A stretch of 64,000 bases of DNA from Spirochaetia bacterium (GTDB lineage: Bacteria > Spirochaetota > Spirochaetia > SZUA-6 > Bin103). Positions 47,739-58,568 of this stretch are shown here, piece after piece (the first letter of the stretch is position 1; each line of letters begins with the position of its first letter). Under the pieces are notes generated by a model, which made no database searches, was not told where the DNA came from, and saw only the letters and a program-made list of their open reading frames with translations. A program made the position numbers and the translations under genes. The stretch lies in the NCBI GenBank assembly GCA_965203905.1, contig CBDBDQ010000005.1, positions 1 through 64,000 of the forward strand, in the 5' to 3' direction.

Positions 47739-49708
47739 GGTGCGGCGCTCCCGTCCGCAACGGCGGACTCGCTCCCGTCCGCTACGGCGGACTCGGGGCT
47801 GTCGGCCGGCGCGGCCTCGTCGGCCCCATCCTCCGCGGGAGGTTGCAGCGGGTTGAACACCGCCTCACCATACCACGGCTTGAGATAGGCCACCGCCTCG
47901 GGCACCGTCTGCCCCGTGAAGGCCGCGTGGAAGATCAGGTTGGCGGCCTTCGGCGCCCACCACTCCCACAGGTTGACCGCCTCCACCATCACCACGACGA
48001 CGATCTGCTCCAGAGGGTCCGCCGCGTCGTAGGGGCCGTAGGCCGCAAACCAGGAGTGATAGTGGTCTTCGATCCCCACCTCGCCGGTACCGGTCTTGCC
48101 GGCCACCGCCACGGCATCCGTGGTCATCACCGGCAGCGCCGTTCCGTCCGTTACCACCAGGCGCATCGCCTCGCGCACGAACGCCAGCGTCTCATCGCTG
48201 ATGTCCGAAGTGTGAATCGGTTCGCGCTCGGTTCGAGACACGATCTCGCCGCTGCCCCCGTCCCGAATCTCCTTTACCACGTGCGGCCGGTAGATCACAC
48301 CGTCGTTGACCACCAGGGCAACCAGGTTGGCAAGCTGCAGCGGGGTCACCGTGATGTAGCCCTGCCCGATGGAGAGGTTGACGGTATCGCCGCCGACCCA
48401 GGGCTCGCCGTGCTCGCGACGCTTCCAGTCCGGCGTGGGCACGTTCCCGACCGCTTCCCCCGGAAGGTCGATGCCGGAGGCCGCGCCGAGACCGAATTCG
48501 CGCGCGTAGTGCGCGATGCTGGTTATCCCCAGAGCCGAGCCGGCGCGGTAGAAGTAGACGTCGCACGACTGCGCCAAGGCGTCATCCAGATCGATCGGGC
48601 CGTGGCCCTCCTTTACCCAGTCCTTGAATATGCGATCGCCGTACACCAGGAAGCCCTCGCAGCGGATTCGATAGTTGCGGCTGAAGGTTCCTTCCTCCTC
48701 GATGGCCGCCGTCATGAGAATCTTGAATACGCTGGCCGGGGCATAGGCGGAGCGAATGGCGCGGTTGACGAAGGGAAACGAAGGATCCGCGGCCAAGGCG
48801 CGGAACGCGGCAGCGCCGCCGTCGCCGATGAAGGTCTGCGGATCGAACCATGGATATGACACCATCGCCAGGATCGCACCGGTCGCCGGCTGCAGCGCCA
48901 CCACCGACCCGATGCGCGGTCCCAGCGCCTCCTGTGCGGCACGTTGCAGGTCCCAGTCGATGGTCAGCACCACGTCCCTTCCCGGCTGCGGCGCGGCCGC
49001 CGTCTGCCAGATCTCGGACACCGCCCGCTCGCGGACGTCGACGGTGCGGTGGCCGATACCGTCCACCCCGCGCAATTCGTCCTCGTACTGCTTCTCCACT
49101 CCGCTCTTGCCCAAGGTGCTGTCCACTGCGTAACCCTGGTTGAACAGCACCTGCAGTTCTTCGCGGGTAATGTCGCCCACGTAACCGGTGACGTGCGCCA
49201 GGGCGCCGATGGCCCCGTAGTCGCGGGCAGGCTCGCTATGCCAGGTAACGCCGGGAAACGAGTCGATCTGTTCTGCGAGGGTGGCGATGGTGGCGAAATC
49301 GACGTGGCGCTTCAGCTCGATGGGACGGAACAGGTGGCGCTGGTGTCTCGGGATACGGGCGGCCAGCTGTTGCGGCGTCATGTTGAGGTGCGCGCCCAGC
49401 CGTTCCAACAGCTGCGGCAGGTCCGCCGCCGGCACCTCTCCCGGGATCAGGTCCACCGAGAATGCCGGTCGATTGGTCACCAGCGGCAGCGTGTAGCTAC
49501 GTTCGAAGATCTTGCCCCGCTGGGCGGGAATGGCGACCTCGCGCCGCGCCACGTCGATGGCCAGGTTGCGAAACTCCACACCGCGCACCACCTGCAGCAG
49601 GTACAGGTAGCCGGCAATGAGAGCGAAGACGGCTCCGGTCGCCACCGCCAGACCGATCGCACGGCGCCTGAGCATGGGAGTCGGCGCAGAGCCGGACCGG
49701 TCACTCAC
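47735..49708 (-). CDS. mrdA: Penicillin-binding protein 2
   Basis: SVFK (SxxK), SCD and KTG motifs; mre operon context. Confidence 0.95.
   Translation of the reverse strand: MSDRSGSAPTPMLRRRAIGLAVATGAVFALIAGYLYLLQVVRGVEFRNLAIDVARREVAIPAQRGKIFERSYTLPLVTNRPAFSVDLIPGEVPAADLPQLLERLGAHLNMTPQQLAARIPRHQRHLFRPIELKRHVDFATIATLAEQIDSFPGVTWHSEPARDYGAIGALAHVTGYVGDITREELQVLFNQGYAVDSTLGKSGVEKQYEDELRGVDGIGHRTVDVRERAVSEIWQTAAAPQPGRDVVLTIDWDLQRAAQEALGPRIGSVVALQPATGAILAMVSYPWFDPQTFIGDGGAAAFRALAADPSFPFVNRAIRSAYAPASVFKILMTAAIEEEGTFSRNYRIRCEGFLVYGDRIFKDWVKEGHGPIDLDDALAQSCDVYFYRAGSALGITSIAHYAREFGLGAASGIDLPGEAVGNVPTPDWKRREHGEPWVGGDTVNLSIGQGYITVTPLQLANLVALVVNDGVIYRPHVVKEIRDGGSGEIVSRTEREPIHTSDISDETLAFVREAMRLVVTDGTALPVMTTDAVAVAGKTGTGEVGIEDHYHSWFAAYGPYDAADPLEQIVVVVMVEAVNLWEWWAPKAANLIFHAAFTGQTVPEAVAYLKPWYGEAVFNPLQPPAEDGADEAAPADSPESAVADGSESAVADGSAAP
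47747..47794. repeat. 24-bp tandem duplication in the mrdA 3' end
   Basis: GCTCCCGTCCGC(A/T)ACGGCGGACTC twice, encoding ESAVADGS twice. Confidence 0.85.
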
Positions 49709-50214
49709 GAGCTCGCCTCACGCTTTGACGGCCGCAGCAGGCGCACCCGCCCCAGCAGCGCAAACAGGAACGGCGCCAGCACCGCGCTGTACGCCGCCTC
49801 GATCCAGAACCTCCCCTCCAACAGGTGCAGATCGGGGTGAATATCGAAAACCAGCCCCAGGAACGCACTCGCCAAACCCTTGACCACCGACGCGCCGAGA
49901 ATGAGCACCGGCACCGCAATGGCGCTCGTGCGTATCAGTCCATGCAGCATCCCGCTGCTGAAACCTACCAGGGTCCGTACCAGGGCATGGAACCCGAGCG
50001 GTGCCAAGCTTACCAGATCCTCCAGCAAGCCACCGGCAAACCCCGCAATCTGGCCGCTCATGGAACCGCGCCGCAGCGCCAGGAACACCAGCAGGATCAG
50101 CAGCAGATCGGGCGTGACACCGCGCACCGCCACGATGCCGAGCACCGTGGTCTGCAGCAGAACCACCACCCCCATCAGCAGGATGATAAAGACGACAGGT
50201 CGATGAGCACCCAA
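49705..50214 (-). CDS. mreD: Rod shape-determining protein MreD
   Basis: PDLLLILLVF and GGLLEDL motifs; hydrophobic; between mreC and mrdA. Confidence 0.92.
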   Translation of the reverse strand: MGAHRPVVFIILLMGVVVLLQTTVLGIVAVRGVTPDLLLILLVFLALRRGSMSGQIAGFAGGLLEDLVSLAPLGFHALVRTLVGFSSGMLHGLIRTSAIAVPVLILGASVVKGLASAFLGLVFDIHPDLHLLEGRFWIEAAYSAVLAPFLFALLGRVRLLRPSKREASS

Positions 50215-50229
50215 CGATCGCCGCCGCGG

Positions 50230-51099
50230 TCAGCGCCGCCCCTCGGGGATGATCACGAACACGTATTCCAGCCGCGAGACGTCGATCAGGGGTTCCACCA
50301 GGAGGTCCACCGAATTCTGGTAGGTCTCGGCCCGCAGCTCCCGCACCCTTCCGATCTGCAGACCGCGCGGGAACACGCCGCCGAGTCCGGAAGTGATGAT
50401 CAGCTCTCCCGGTACGATCTGGTCCCGCGCCGCGCTGTTGACGTGGCGCATCAGCAGAGTAGCGCTCCCGGATCCACGCCCCTGCACCAGTCCGTCGTAG
50501 CGCAGCTCCTGCAGCCGGGCGGCCACGAACGACGCTCGGCCGCTGATCGGCTGCACCAGCGAGGTCGCAGCATCCGCCTCGGCTACCCTCCCCACCAGGC
50601 CCTCCAGGCCGTCCTGCAGGGCGACTACGGACATTCCGGCATGCACGCCATGGCGCGTCCCCCGGTTGATGGTAAAGGTGGTGAACAGGCTGCCCGGATC
50701 GCGGGCGGTCACCTCCGCGGAGACGGTGCGATAGGAGGTGCGGGGAGAAAACGCAAGCTGCCGGCGCAGCTCGGCGTACTGGTGCTCCAGCTCCGCCAGG
50801 TCGGCGGCAACCTGCTCCAGCTCCAGGAGCCGCTGCCGCGCCGCGGTCAGCTCCAGGCGCATACGGCGCAGTTCCGCAATGGCATTCCAGGAACCGTCGA
50901 AGAACCGCCCCACATCGTGCAGCGTCGACTGCAACGCGCCGAACACCCTGCGGCCGATCTGTTCCGGCTTGGCCGTGGCCGGCCGGTGGGTAAGGCCAAC
51001 CATGACGGTGCCGAGCGCGAGCAGCGCAACCAGCAGCACGCCGGTGCGGTGACGCGACACGAAGGCGCCGACCGACGGCTGACTCCCGGTGGCTACCAC
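50230..51099 (-). CDS. mreC: Rod shape-determining protein MreC
   Basis: TM segment plus coiled coil, INRGTRHGV, GLVGRV and TSGLGGVFPRG motifs. Confidence 0.95.
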   Translation of the reverse strand: MVATGSQPSVGAFVSRHRTGVLLVALLALGTVMVGLTHRPATAKPEQIGRRVFGALQSTLHDVGRFFDGSWNAIAELRRMRLELTAARQRLLELEQVAADLAELEHQYAELRRQLAFSPRTSYRTVSAEVTARDPGSLFTTFTINRGTRHGVHAGMSVVALQDGLEGLVGRVAEADAATSLVQPISGRASFVAARLQELRYDGLVQGRGSGSATLLMRHVNSAARDQIVPGELIITSGLGGVFPRGLQIGRVRELRAETYQNSVDLLVEPLIDVSRLEYVFVIIPEGRR

Positions 51100-51254
51100 G
51101 AAGTCCCGACTGAGAGCAGCTAACAGCCGGCGCTGGAGCCCGGCGTCGCACCGGGAGCGGCGCGGCGACCGGCGGGCAAGGCGCGACGGACGAGCATATC
51201 AGCCAGCCGCGACGGATCGTCACTCGAATGCTGTCGGAATTTCCCCACGGGCGG

Positions 51255-52280
51255 CTAATTGCGGTAGTTGAAATACTTGCGATCGCGGTCGCGCATGCTC
51301 TCCAGAAACCGACCCGCGCCCAGCGCCACGCACAGCAGCGGATTCTCCGCTACCGCCACGGGCACACCCGTTTCCTGCTGGATCAGGCTGGGCAACCCCT
51401 TCAGCAGCGATCCGCCGCCAGTCATCATGATGCCACGCTCGATGATGTCCGCCGCCAACTCGGGAGGAGTCTTGCCCAGGTTGCGCTTGATCTCGTCGAC
51501 TACCGAGTTGGTTATCTCGGTGAGCGACTCGCGTATCTCTACCGAGTCCACCTCCAGACGGCGCGGCAGGCCGGTAATGGCGTCGCGGCCCATGATCTCC
51601 ATCTTCTCGATCTTCTTGTCGGGGGCGGCGTTACCGATGTTTATCTTGACGTTTTCGGCAGTCTCGTTGCCGATGATCAGGTTGTGTACCGAGCGCACGT
51701 GCTTGATGATGGCTTCGTCGAACTCGTCACCGCCGATTCGAATCGCGCTCGACACCACCATGCCGCCGAGCGAGATCACCGACACCTCGGTGGTTCCCCC
51801 GCCGATATCGCACACCATGTGACCGGCCGGCTCCAGGAACGGGATGTCGGCACCGATCGCGGCGGCCATCGACTCTTCGATGAGATACACTTCGCGGGCG
51901 CCCGCCTGCTCGGCGCTTTCCCGCACCGCGCGCCGCTCCACCTCCGTGATGCTGGTGGGGATGCCGATTACCATGCGCGGCTTCACCAGCCAGCGCCGCT
52001 GGGTGACCGTGTTGATGAAGTAGCGGATCATCTTCTCGGTGTGCTCCAAGTCGGCTATCACGCCGTCCTGCAGCGGACGGATGGCCGCAATGTCCTCGGG
52101 CGTCTTCCACAGCATCCGCTTGGCTTCCTTGCCCACCGCCACTACGCTCTTGGTGCTCTTCTCCACCGCCACCACCGATGGCTCGGAGAGCACGATGCCC
52201 TTGCCCTTGACGTGCACCAACGTGTTGCAGGTGCCGAGGTCGATGCCGATGTCCATCGCCAAGTTGCCGAATATGCTCAC
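51255..52280 (-). CDS. mreB: Rod shape-determining protein MreB
   Basis: [23 protein letters not shown] and TGGGSLL motifs. Confidence 0.98.
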   Translation of the reverse strand: MSIFGNLAMDIGIDLGTCNTLVHVKGKGIVLSEPSVVAVEKSTKSVVAVGKEAKRMLWKTPEDIAAIRPLQDGVIADLEHTEKMIRYFINTVTQRRWLVKPRMVIGIPTSITEVERRAVRESAEQAGAREVYLIEESMAAAIGADIPFLEPAGHMVCDIGGGTTEVSVISLGGMVVSSAIRIGGDEFDEAIIKHVRSVHNLIIGNETAENVKINIGNAAPDKKIEKMEIMGRDAITGLPRRLEVDSVEIRESLTEITNSVVDEIKRNLGKTPPELAADIIERGIMMTGGGSLLKGLPSLIQQETGVPVAVAENPLLCVALGAGRFLESMRDRDRKYFNYRN

Positions 52281-52289
52281 TCTGGTCTC

Positions 52290-53252
52290 CTAACCACGTA
52301 GCCGCAGGTTGGCCCCGTGATGCTGTTGGTCAATATTTCGCGCCCGCCGCCATTCGGCACGCGCCCCCGCGACATTGCCCAGCCCCGCGTAGGCATCACC
52401 CAGAAACAGGTGCGCATCCGCCGAACCGGGAGCGAGGTCCAGTATCCGGCGGTATTGCTCGCCCGCGTCCGCATAACGGCCCCCCTGCAATAGTAACGCT
52501 CCCAGCATGAATCGCGCACGGATTTCCAGTGCCTCGTCACCGGCACCGGCCGCCGCCAGAAAGTGCCGTTCCGCCTCCTGGTCCTCCCCGAGCCGCTTGA
52601 GCAACTGACCGACCGACAGGTAGAGAAGGCCGCTGGGACGGCGCTGCAAGGCGCTGCGGAAGTGCTCGATTCCGCTTTCCGGTGAGCCGGACCGTACCAG
52701 GGCCATGCCCAGGTATTCGTGGGTATCGGCCCCATCGTAACCCTGCTCCACGGACTCGGAGAGGAAGCGAATCGCGAGATCGTAGAAGTAGGGGCCCCTG
52801 TGGTAGTAGGCCTTGCCGAGCACATACGCCGCCTCGCTACGAAACCGCAACTCGCCACTGAGGCGAGCACGTCGCAACGCGATGATCGCCTGATCCAGTC
52901 GCGGGGCCGGATCTGCCCGGTCCGTCTCGGCCAGCGCCAGATAGAAGTGGGCGATACCGCGGAACAGCAGCGCTTCGGCATCCAGCGGCCGTTGTGCCAG
53001 CACCTCCGCGCTACGACTGAGCACCTCGGCATAGCTGCCCTCGTTGGACAGCTCCAGCAACGCCGGCTGCCGACTCGGAAACACCGCTTCCGGAAGGCTC
53101 CAGGGCGCGCCGAAGATCGCCACCGCCGCTACCCCCAGACCTGCAACGCCTGCCACCAGAAGCGGCAGCCGCCGCCCCCAGGACTGACGCGGTCGAGTGT
53201 ATTGGTACCGCTGCAGGCGGAAATCGCTACGTCTGACCGACCCGCGCGCCAC
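52290..53252 (-). CDS. Membrane-anchored tetratricopeptide repeat protein
   Basis: N-terminal TM followed by repeated TPR helices (YVLGKAYY, EYLGMAL, FMLGALL, LFLGDAY). Confidence 0.85.
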   Translation of the reverse strand: MARGSVRRSDFRLQRYQYTRPRQSWGRRLPLLVAGVAGLGVAAVAIFGAPWSLPEAVFPSRQPALLELSNEGSYAEVLSRSAEVLAQRPLDAEALLFRGIAHFYLALAETDRADPAPRLDQAIIALRRARLSGELRFRSEAAYVLGKAYYHRGPYFYDLAIRFLSESVEQGYDGADTHEYLGMALVRSGSPESGIEHFRSALQRRPSGLLYLSVGQLLKRLGEDQEAERHFLAAAGAGDEALEIRARFMLGALLLQGGRYADAGEQYRRILDLAPGSADAHLFLGDAYAGLGNVAGARAEWRRARNIDQQHHGANLRLRG

Positions 53253-53265
53253 GCCTCCTACCCCC

Positions 53266-53449
53266 GACCCGAGAATGCCAGCCGGCAGACGATACCAGGG
53301 TACAACCTGCCATCGTTTTCCGTATCACGGACTGACCGTACCGACTGACCCGAAGATTCCGGCCCGCGAGGCGCTTCCTGTGCGTCGATTCTCATCCTCT
53401 TTCGTGTCACGGAGTGACCGTACCGACTGACCCGAAAACGCTGGCCAGC
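53266..53449. repeat. Direct-repeat array with about 82-bp period (2 full copies and 1 partial)
   Basis: About 57-bp units at 53311 and 53393 share the identical 22-mer TGACCGTACCGACTGACCCGAA; GACCCGA recurs at 53266, 53347 and 53429. Confidence 0.75.
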
Positions 53450-53502
53450 CGCCGCTGCCTGAGCTTCGCCTGAAACTGTACTCCATGAGGGCCCAAAACA
53501 AA

Positions 53503-53922
53503 AGAGGCGGGCCTGTAAGCCGGGTTCTGTACGGTGGGCGCCGGTGGCGCCCACCGTCATGCACCATCTATCTGGACCGACCGTCATCGGCCGGCTCTTG
53601 CAGCCTACCCGCAGGCCGGAGTTTCACTCCTGGACGGGCCGTCCACCTGCTGCTCGGCTTTGCTCCTGGCGAGGTTTACCGTGCCGCCGCCGTCGCCGGC
53701 GACGCGGTGGGCTCTTACCCCACCTTTTCACCCTCACCGGCAGGCGCGCGGCGCAGCCGCACGCCGCCGGCAGTATGTTTTCTGTGGCACTCTCTGTCCG
53801 CGGCGCCCGCGGGCGCCGCGGCCCGGGCGTTACCCGGCGCCATGCCCTCATGGAGCCCGGACTTTCCTCCGCCGCGGCCGCCCCGAGGGGCCGCCCGGCG
53901 GCGGTGCAGCGGCCCGCCTCTC
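53503..53922 (-). ncRNA. rnpB: RNase P RNA (type A)
   Basis: GAGGAAAGTCCGGGCTCC, AGTGCCACAGAAA, GGTAAGAGCCCACCG, GGTAAACCTCGCCAGGAGCAA and ACAGAACCCGGCTTA motifs; P1 helix GAGAGGCGGGCC / GGCCCGCCTCTT. Confidence 0.96.
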
Positions 53923-53986
53923 AATTCCTTCGCAGCGCCATGAAGCGCTGTTTACGCGCCAGACCAGCCCGCGCGCCTGCTATCGG

Positions 53987-54916
53987 CTAGTCCCCGGTCG
54001 ACGGCTCGGGCCGCGTCCCCAGCATCGCGGCATCCTCGCCCTCCTCGGCGTCGTCGCTCTCCGCAGGTTCGTCGTCGAACATCAGATCCTCGTCGTCGAA
54101 CTCGGCACTGGAGGCATCAAAGGCATCCGCGTCGAACTCCTCGTCGCCGCCGTAGAACACGATACGACTGCAATTCGGGCAGAACATGATCTCCAGGCCG
54201 GTCCGCACCCGGTTGGCGAAGAACGGCGGCAGGACTATCTGGCAACCGGTGCACACCCCTGCGCGCAGCGCCACGATGCCCAGGCCCTCCTTGGTGCGGA
54301 TGATGCGCTCGAACTTGAATAGCAGCTCGGTGTCGAGTCCCGGGGTGATCTTCGACTCTTCGTCGATGAGATCCTGCAACACCGTCTCGCGATCCGCGAT
54401 CTCGGATTCGATGCGTTGCTGCTCGTCCGCCACCTCCTGGTCCTGCTGCTTGATCAGCGCCTCCTCCTGCTCCAGGGTGGCCGCCATCTCGTCGAGGTGC
54501 TCCTCCTCACGCTGCAGCTCACGCCGCACTTCCACCTCACGCTCGCCGGAGTCACGTATTTCCTTGTCCAGGGCCTCGTACTCCCGCTGCGTGCGAATCG
54601 CGTCCATCTGACCTTCGTAATGCTCCCGCTCACGCTCCGCTTCGATGGCACGCTCGCGCAAATCGTGGATGCGCACCCTGAGTTGGTCGTACAGCTCGCT
54701 CTTCTCCACGTAAGATCGCTTGAGCCGGTTGAGCACCTCGGTCTTGGTGGACAGGGCCCGCGGAATCTCGCTGATCTCGTTCTCCGTGCGAAAGCGCTGA
54801 AACAGCACTTCCTGCAAAGTGCGTAACTTCTGGAGCACGTCCTCCAGGTTGCCGCCGGCGGCCGATTCCGGCGCACCGGGGATGTGCGCGGACGTATGTT
54901 GCATATTGCTACTCAT
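53987..54916 (-). CDS. Coiled-coil, C4 zinc-ribbon protein (DUF164-like)
   Basis: Long coiled coil, CTGC...CPNCSRI and an acidic tail; between rpoD and rnpB. Confidence 0.85.
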   Translation of the reverse strand: MSSNMQHTSAHIPGAPESAAGGNLEDVLQKLRTLQEVLFQRFRTENEISEIPRALSTKTEVLNRLKRSYVEKSELYDQLRVRIHDLRERAIEAEREREHYEGQMDAIRTQREYEALDKEIRDSGEREVEVRRELQREEEHLDEMAATLEQEEALIKQQDQEVADEQQRIESEIADRETVLQDLIDEESKITPGLDTELLFKFERIIRTKEGLGIVALRAGVCTGCQIVLPPFFANRVRTGLEIMFCPNCSRIVFYGGDEEFDADAFDASSAEFDDEDLMFDDEPAESDDAEEGEDAAMLGTRPEPSTGD

Positions 54917-54930
54917 CTCCTACTCGTCTG

Positions 54931-56664
54931 TTACTCGTCCTGATAATCCTTGAGGCGGCGGCTGAGCTTGGGGTGGCGCAGACGGCGCAACGCCTTTGCT
55001 TCGATCTGACGGATGCGCTCGCGGGTCACGTTGAAGTACAAGCCCACCTCCTCCAGGGTCAGTGAGTACCCGTCATCCAGACCGAACCGCATCTTGAGCA
55101 CCTCCTGCTCCCGTTTCGGCAGCTTCCGCAACACCTCGTCGAGTTGTTCCTGCAGCAGGGTGAACGCGGTCTGGTTGGCCGGGTTCTCCACATCCTTGTC
55201 CTCGATGAAGTCGCCGAGAATCGAGTCTTCCTCCTCCCCGATGGGGGTCTCCAGGGAGATCGGCTCCCGCGCCACGCCCTTTACCGACTTGATGCGTGCT
55301 TCCGACCAGCCGAGACGTTCGGCTACTTCCTCGTCGGTCGGCTCGCGCCCGAGCACCTGCATGAGCTGGCGTGACTCCCGCACCACCTTGTTGATCTGCT
55401 CGATCATGTGCACGGGAACGCGGATGGTACGGGCCTGGTCGGAGATCGACCGGGTGATCGCCTGGCGAATCCACCAGGTGGCGTAGGTGGAAAACTTGTA
55501 ACCCTTGCGGTACTCGAACTTCTCCACCGCCTTGATCAGGCCGATGTTGCCCTCCTGCACCAGGTCGAAGAAATGCAGCCCACGGTTGGTGTACTTCTTG
55601 GCGATACTCACCACCAGCCGCAGGTTGGCCTGGATCAGACGATCCTTGGCCCCCTTCATCATCACCCGGCCGTGCTCGATCTGCCGGGTCATGGCCAGAA
55701 TCTCGTCACAGGTCTGCTCGAAGGCGTTTTCCAGACCGGCCAGCTTGCGCTCATTGACCTGAAAGATGCGGATCAGCTCCTTGATCTTCTCCGCGGGCAG
55801 GTCCAACTCTTCCTCGATGCGCACCTGCTTGGCCTTCTGGGCAAGCCCCCGGCCCAGGTTGCGCAGCTCCTTGGCGTTCGCTACCCGCAGCTGGTGCTGA
55901 ATGCTGCGCTGCTCCTCGGTGACCGTGTGGATCTTGCGGGCTGCGTCGGCGAACAGGTCGGAGACTTCGTTGATTTCGTCCTGGTGGAAGGCGATGTTCT
56001 TGAGGGCACGCAGAATGGGAGCTCTCAAGGCGGCCAGCCGATCGTTGCCGAGCACCAGGCCCCCATCCGCCGCGATCTGCTTCTTGATGTCCACGTAGCC
56101 CTTGAGGGTGGAGTACAACTCGCGGATCGTGTCCTTGTACCAGGCGTTCAGCCGCCGGCGGTCGGCAAGGAACTCCGACGCCTCCTTCTTGGTGAGGTTG
56201 AGCTCCCGCGGATCCTTGGCGGAACGGGCGCGCTCGGCGATGTCATAAAACTGCGGAATCAGGGCGCCGCTGGAGGTAAACACGTCCTTGATGATGTTCT
56301 CGCCGGTCTCCATCTCCTTCGACAGGCGAACCTCATCCTCCGCGGTGAGCAGTCTCTCCCGGCCGATCTCGCGCAGGTACAGGCGGATCGGATCGTCGAC
56401 CGCTGAATCCTTGTCGTTGTACACCAGTTTGCGATTGGACGCCGGCGGCTTGTCGGTATCGTCGGTTACGTCCTCGTCTTCCAGCTTGATGCCATTCTTC
56501 TCCAGAATCGCCGCCACCTCGTCGATGCGATCGGAGTTGACGATCCAGTCCGGCAGAAAGTCAGTTACCTCGTCGTAGGTCACCGTTTTCTTGCGGCGCG
56601 CGAAGTCCAGCAGACGTTCCACTACCGGGTCCTGCTGGAGATCACTCACCAATGGTGCTCTCAT
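54931..56664 (-). CDS. rpoD: RNA polymerase primary sigma factor
   Basis: [36 protein letters not shown] and TRERIRQIE motifs. Confidence 0.98.
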   Translation of the reverse strand: MRAPLVSDLQQDPVVERLLDFARRKKTVTYDEVTDFLPDWIVNSDRIDEVAAILEKNGIKLEDEDVTDDTDKPPASNRKLVYNDKDSAVDDPIRLYLREIGRERLLTAEDEVRLSKEMETGENIIKDVFTSSGALIPQFYDIAERARSAKDPRELNLTKKEASEFLADRRRLNAWYKDTIRELYSTLKGYVDIKKQIAADGGLVLGNDRLAALRAPILRALKNIAFHQDEINEVSDLFADAARKIHTVTEEQRSIQHQLRVANAKELRNLGRGLAQKAKQVRIEEELDLPAEKIKELIRIFQVNERKLAGLENAFEQTCDEILAMTRQIEHGRVMMKGAKDRLIQANLRLVVSIAKKYTNRGLHFFDLVQEGNIGLIKAVEKFEYRKGYKFSTYATWWIRQAITRSISDQARTIRVPVHMIEQINKVVRESRQLMQVLGREPTDEEVAERLGWSEARIKSVKGVAREPISLETPIGEEEDSILGDFIEDKDVENPANQTAFTLLQEQLDEVLRKLPKREQEVLKMRFGLDDGYSLTLEEVGLYFNVTRERIRQIEAKALRRLRHPKLSRRLKDYQDE

Positions 56665-58568
56665 CGAGACACGGCCTCCCCGCGCAGCTTGTTCAGCTCG
56701 CTGTCCAAGTAGATCTTGTCGGCCAGGAGCTCGGTCACCACCTGCGACGCGCCGGCGTGCTCGGCCTGGCGCACCTGCTCCATGAGCCGATCGCGCTTGC
56801 GCTCCAACGCATGCGACTTCACGTGGCGTATGCCCTCGCTGACGTAGGCATCGGCGTTGACGGTAAATTCGTCACTGCCAAGCTTCCGGGCAACCAACGA
56901 GCGCAACTCGGGCGGCTCCAGGCGCAGCAGCAGATGTTCGGTGTCGGTCTGATCGTGCCGATAGCAGTCCTCCAAAGCAATGTACAGGACGCGCGCGCGC
57001 GCGTCTTCAAGATCATCGACCTCCAGCCGGCTGCGCACGGCAGCGAACAGCTCCCGATTCACGGTCACCGCCAGCATCAGTCGCAACTCGGCCCCCGCAC
57101 GCTCCGCGATGTCGGGCACCGGGGCCGACGCTGCCGGCGCCGGCGGGCGGCCGGCGGACTGTGGCCCGGCGGCGCGCCGGCGAAACTCGGCGCGCACCGT
57201 GTCGTAGTCCAGCCGCAAGTGCGCCGCCACCTCCTGCAGCAGAGCATCGCGGGTAATCACCGAGTCGATGTCGCTCAGGTAGGGGTAGATGTCGCGAAAT
57301 GCCTGTTCCTTGCCCTCCGCCGTGCTCAGGTCCTTGCCGGAACACGCGGCCTGTATCGTGTACCGGGATGCTGTTATAGGCGATTCGAGCATCCGCTGCA
57401 ACTCACCGCCCTCACCGGCCGCTACCAGGTCTGCAGGGTCACGCCCCGCCGGCAGCGGCACCACCGTTGCCGTCACCTCGTGCCTGGCCAGCTCACGCAG
57501 CGAGCGCAGCGCCGCCGTGTGTCCCGCTTCGTCGGCGTCGAACATCACCACCACCGCGAGTTGATATCGCTTCAGCAGGCGGGCGTGCGCGGAGCCGAAG
57601 GCCGTCCCCAGCGTTGCCACGGCCGGCACCGCCAGACTGGTAAGAGCCATCACGTCGGTGTAGCCCTCCACCACCACCACCCGCGACGGCGCGGGGCCCG
57701 CGCCACCGGCAGGGTCTCCGGAGGCGCCGGTCGCGGCCGTGGGCTCGGCGCCTTCTGCGGGACCCGTGCCGCCGCGCCGGTGAGCACCGGCGCGCAGCAG
57801 GGGAAGGGCGTGATTCAGCCCGAACAGCTGCTCGTGCTTGCGAAAGAAGGGAGTCTCGGCGGAGTTGACGTACTTCGGCCCGCCCTCGGCCGCGAGCGTA
57901 CGGCCGCCAAATGCCAGCACCTCGCCACGCGCGTTGATGATCGGGAACATCAGCCGCCCCCAGAACAGGGCCCGCAACTCTGCCGCGCCGGCCCCGCCAG
58001 CGTCGCCCCCGCGGCGCGTGAACAGGCCCGACTGGGCCAGGAACCGGTCGGAGAACTGCTTGCTGCGGAGGAAATTCAGCAGCCAGCCGTGAGCTGCCGG
58101 CGCCCAGCCCAGCTTGAATGCCGCCACCGCCTGCGGGCCGATTCCACGCTGCTCCAGGTAATCCCGTGCAGGTGCGGCTTCACCGAAGGTACGCAGTACG
58201 TGATGGAAGGTCTCTGCGATCCGACTGTTGAGTTCTACGTATTCGCGCCGCGAGATGGCACCAGCCGGCCGCTGCTCGGTCTCCAGTTGCACGCCGGCGC
58301 GCTCCGCCAGCATGCGCACCGCCTCCGGGAACGGGAGTTGCTCGACATCCATGACAAACTGGATCAGCCCGCCCCCCTTGCCACAGCCGAAGCAGTAGAA
58401 CGCCGACTTGTCCGCGGACACCGTAAACGACGGTGTCTTTTCGGTGTGGAACGGGCACAGTCCCCAGTAGCGGCCGCCGCGCTGGCGCAGCGCCGAGTAC
58501 TCCGCGACCACGTCGACGATGTCCAGACGGTCGACGATCTGGGCGATCTGAGCTTCAGGAATGCGCAC
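56661..58568 (-). CDS. dnaG: DNA primase
   Basis: [27 protein letters not shown] and FDADEAG motifs. Confidence 0.97.
   Translation of the reverse strand: MRIPEAQIAQIVDRLDIVDVVAEYSALRQRGGRYWGLCPFHTEKTPSFTVSADKSAFYCFGCGKGGGLIQFVMDVEQLPFPEAVRMLAERAGVQLETEQRPAGAISRREYVELNSRIAETFHHVLRTFGEAAPARDYLEQRGIGPQAVAAFKLGWAPAAHGWLLNFLRSKQFSDRFLAQSGLFTRRGGDAGGAGAAELRALFWGRLMFPIINARGEVLAFGGRTLAAEGGPKYVNSAETPFFRKHEQLFGLNHALPLLRAGAHRRGGTGPAEGAEPTAATGASGDPAGGAGPAPSRVVVVEGYTDVMALTSLAVPAVATLGTAFGSAHARLLKRYQLAVVVMFDADEAGHTAALRSLRELARHEVTATVVPLPAGRDPADLVAAGEGGELQRMLESPITASRYTIQAACSGKDLSTAEGKEQAFRDIYPYLSDIDSVITRDALLQEVAAHLRLDYDTVRAEFRRRAAGPQSAGRPPAPAASAPVPDIAERAGAELRLMLAVTVNRELFAAVRSRLEVDDLEDARARVLYIALEDCYRHDQTDTEHLLLRLEPPELRSLVARKLGSDEFTVNADAYVSEGIRHVKSHALERKRDRLMEQVRQAEHAGASQVVTELLADKIYLDSELNKLRGEAVSR

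Noticed and set aside
53311-53449. Formal CRISPR array call
   Set aside because: Only two good copies, conservation extends beyond the 36-nt core, and no cas genes are present. Kept as an unexplained repeat.
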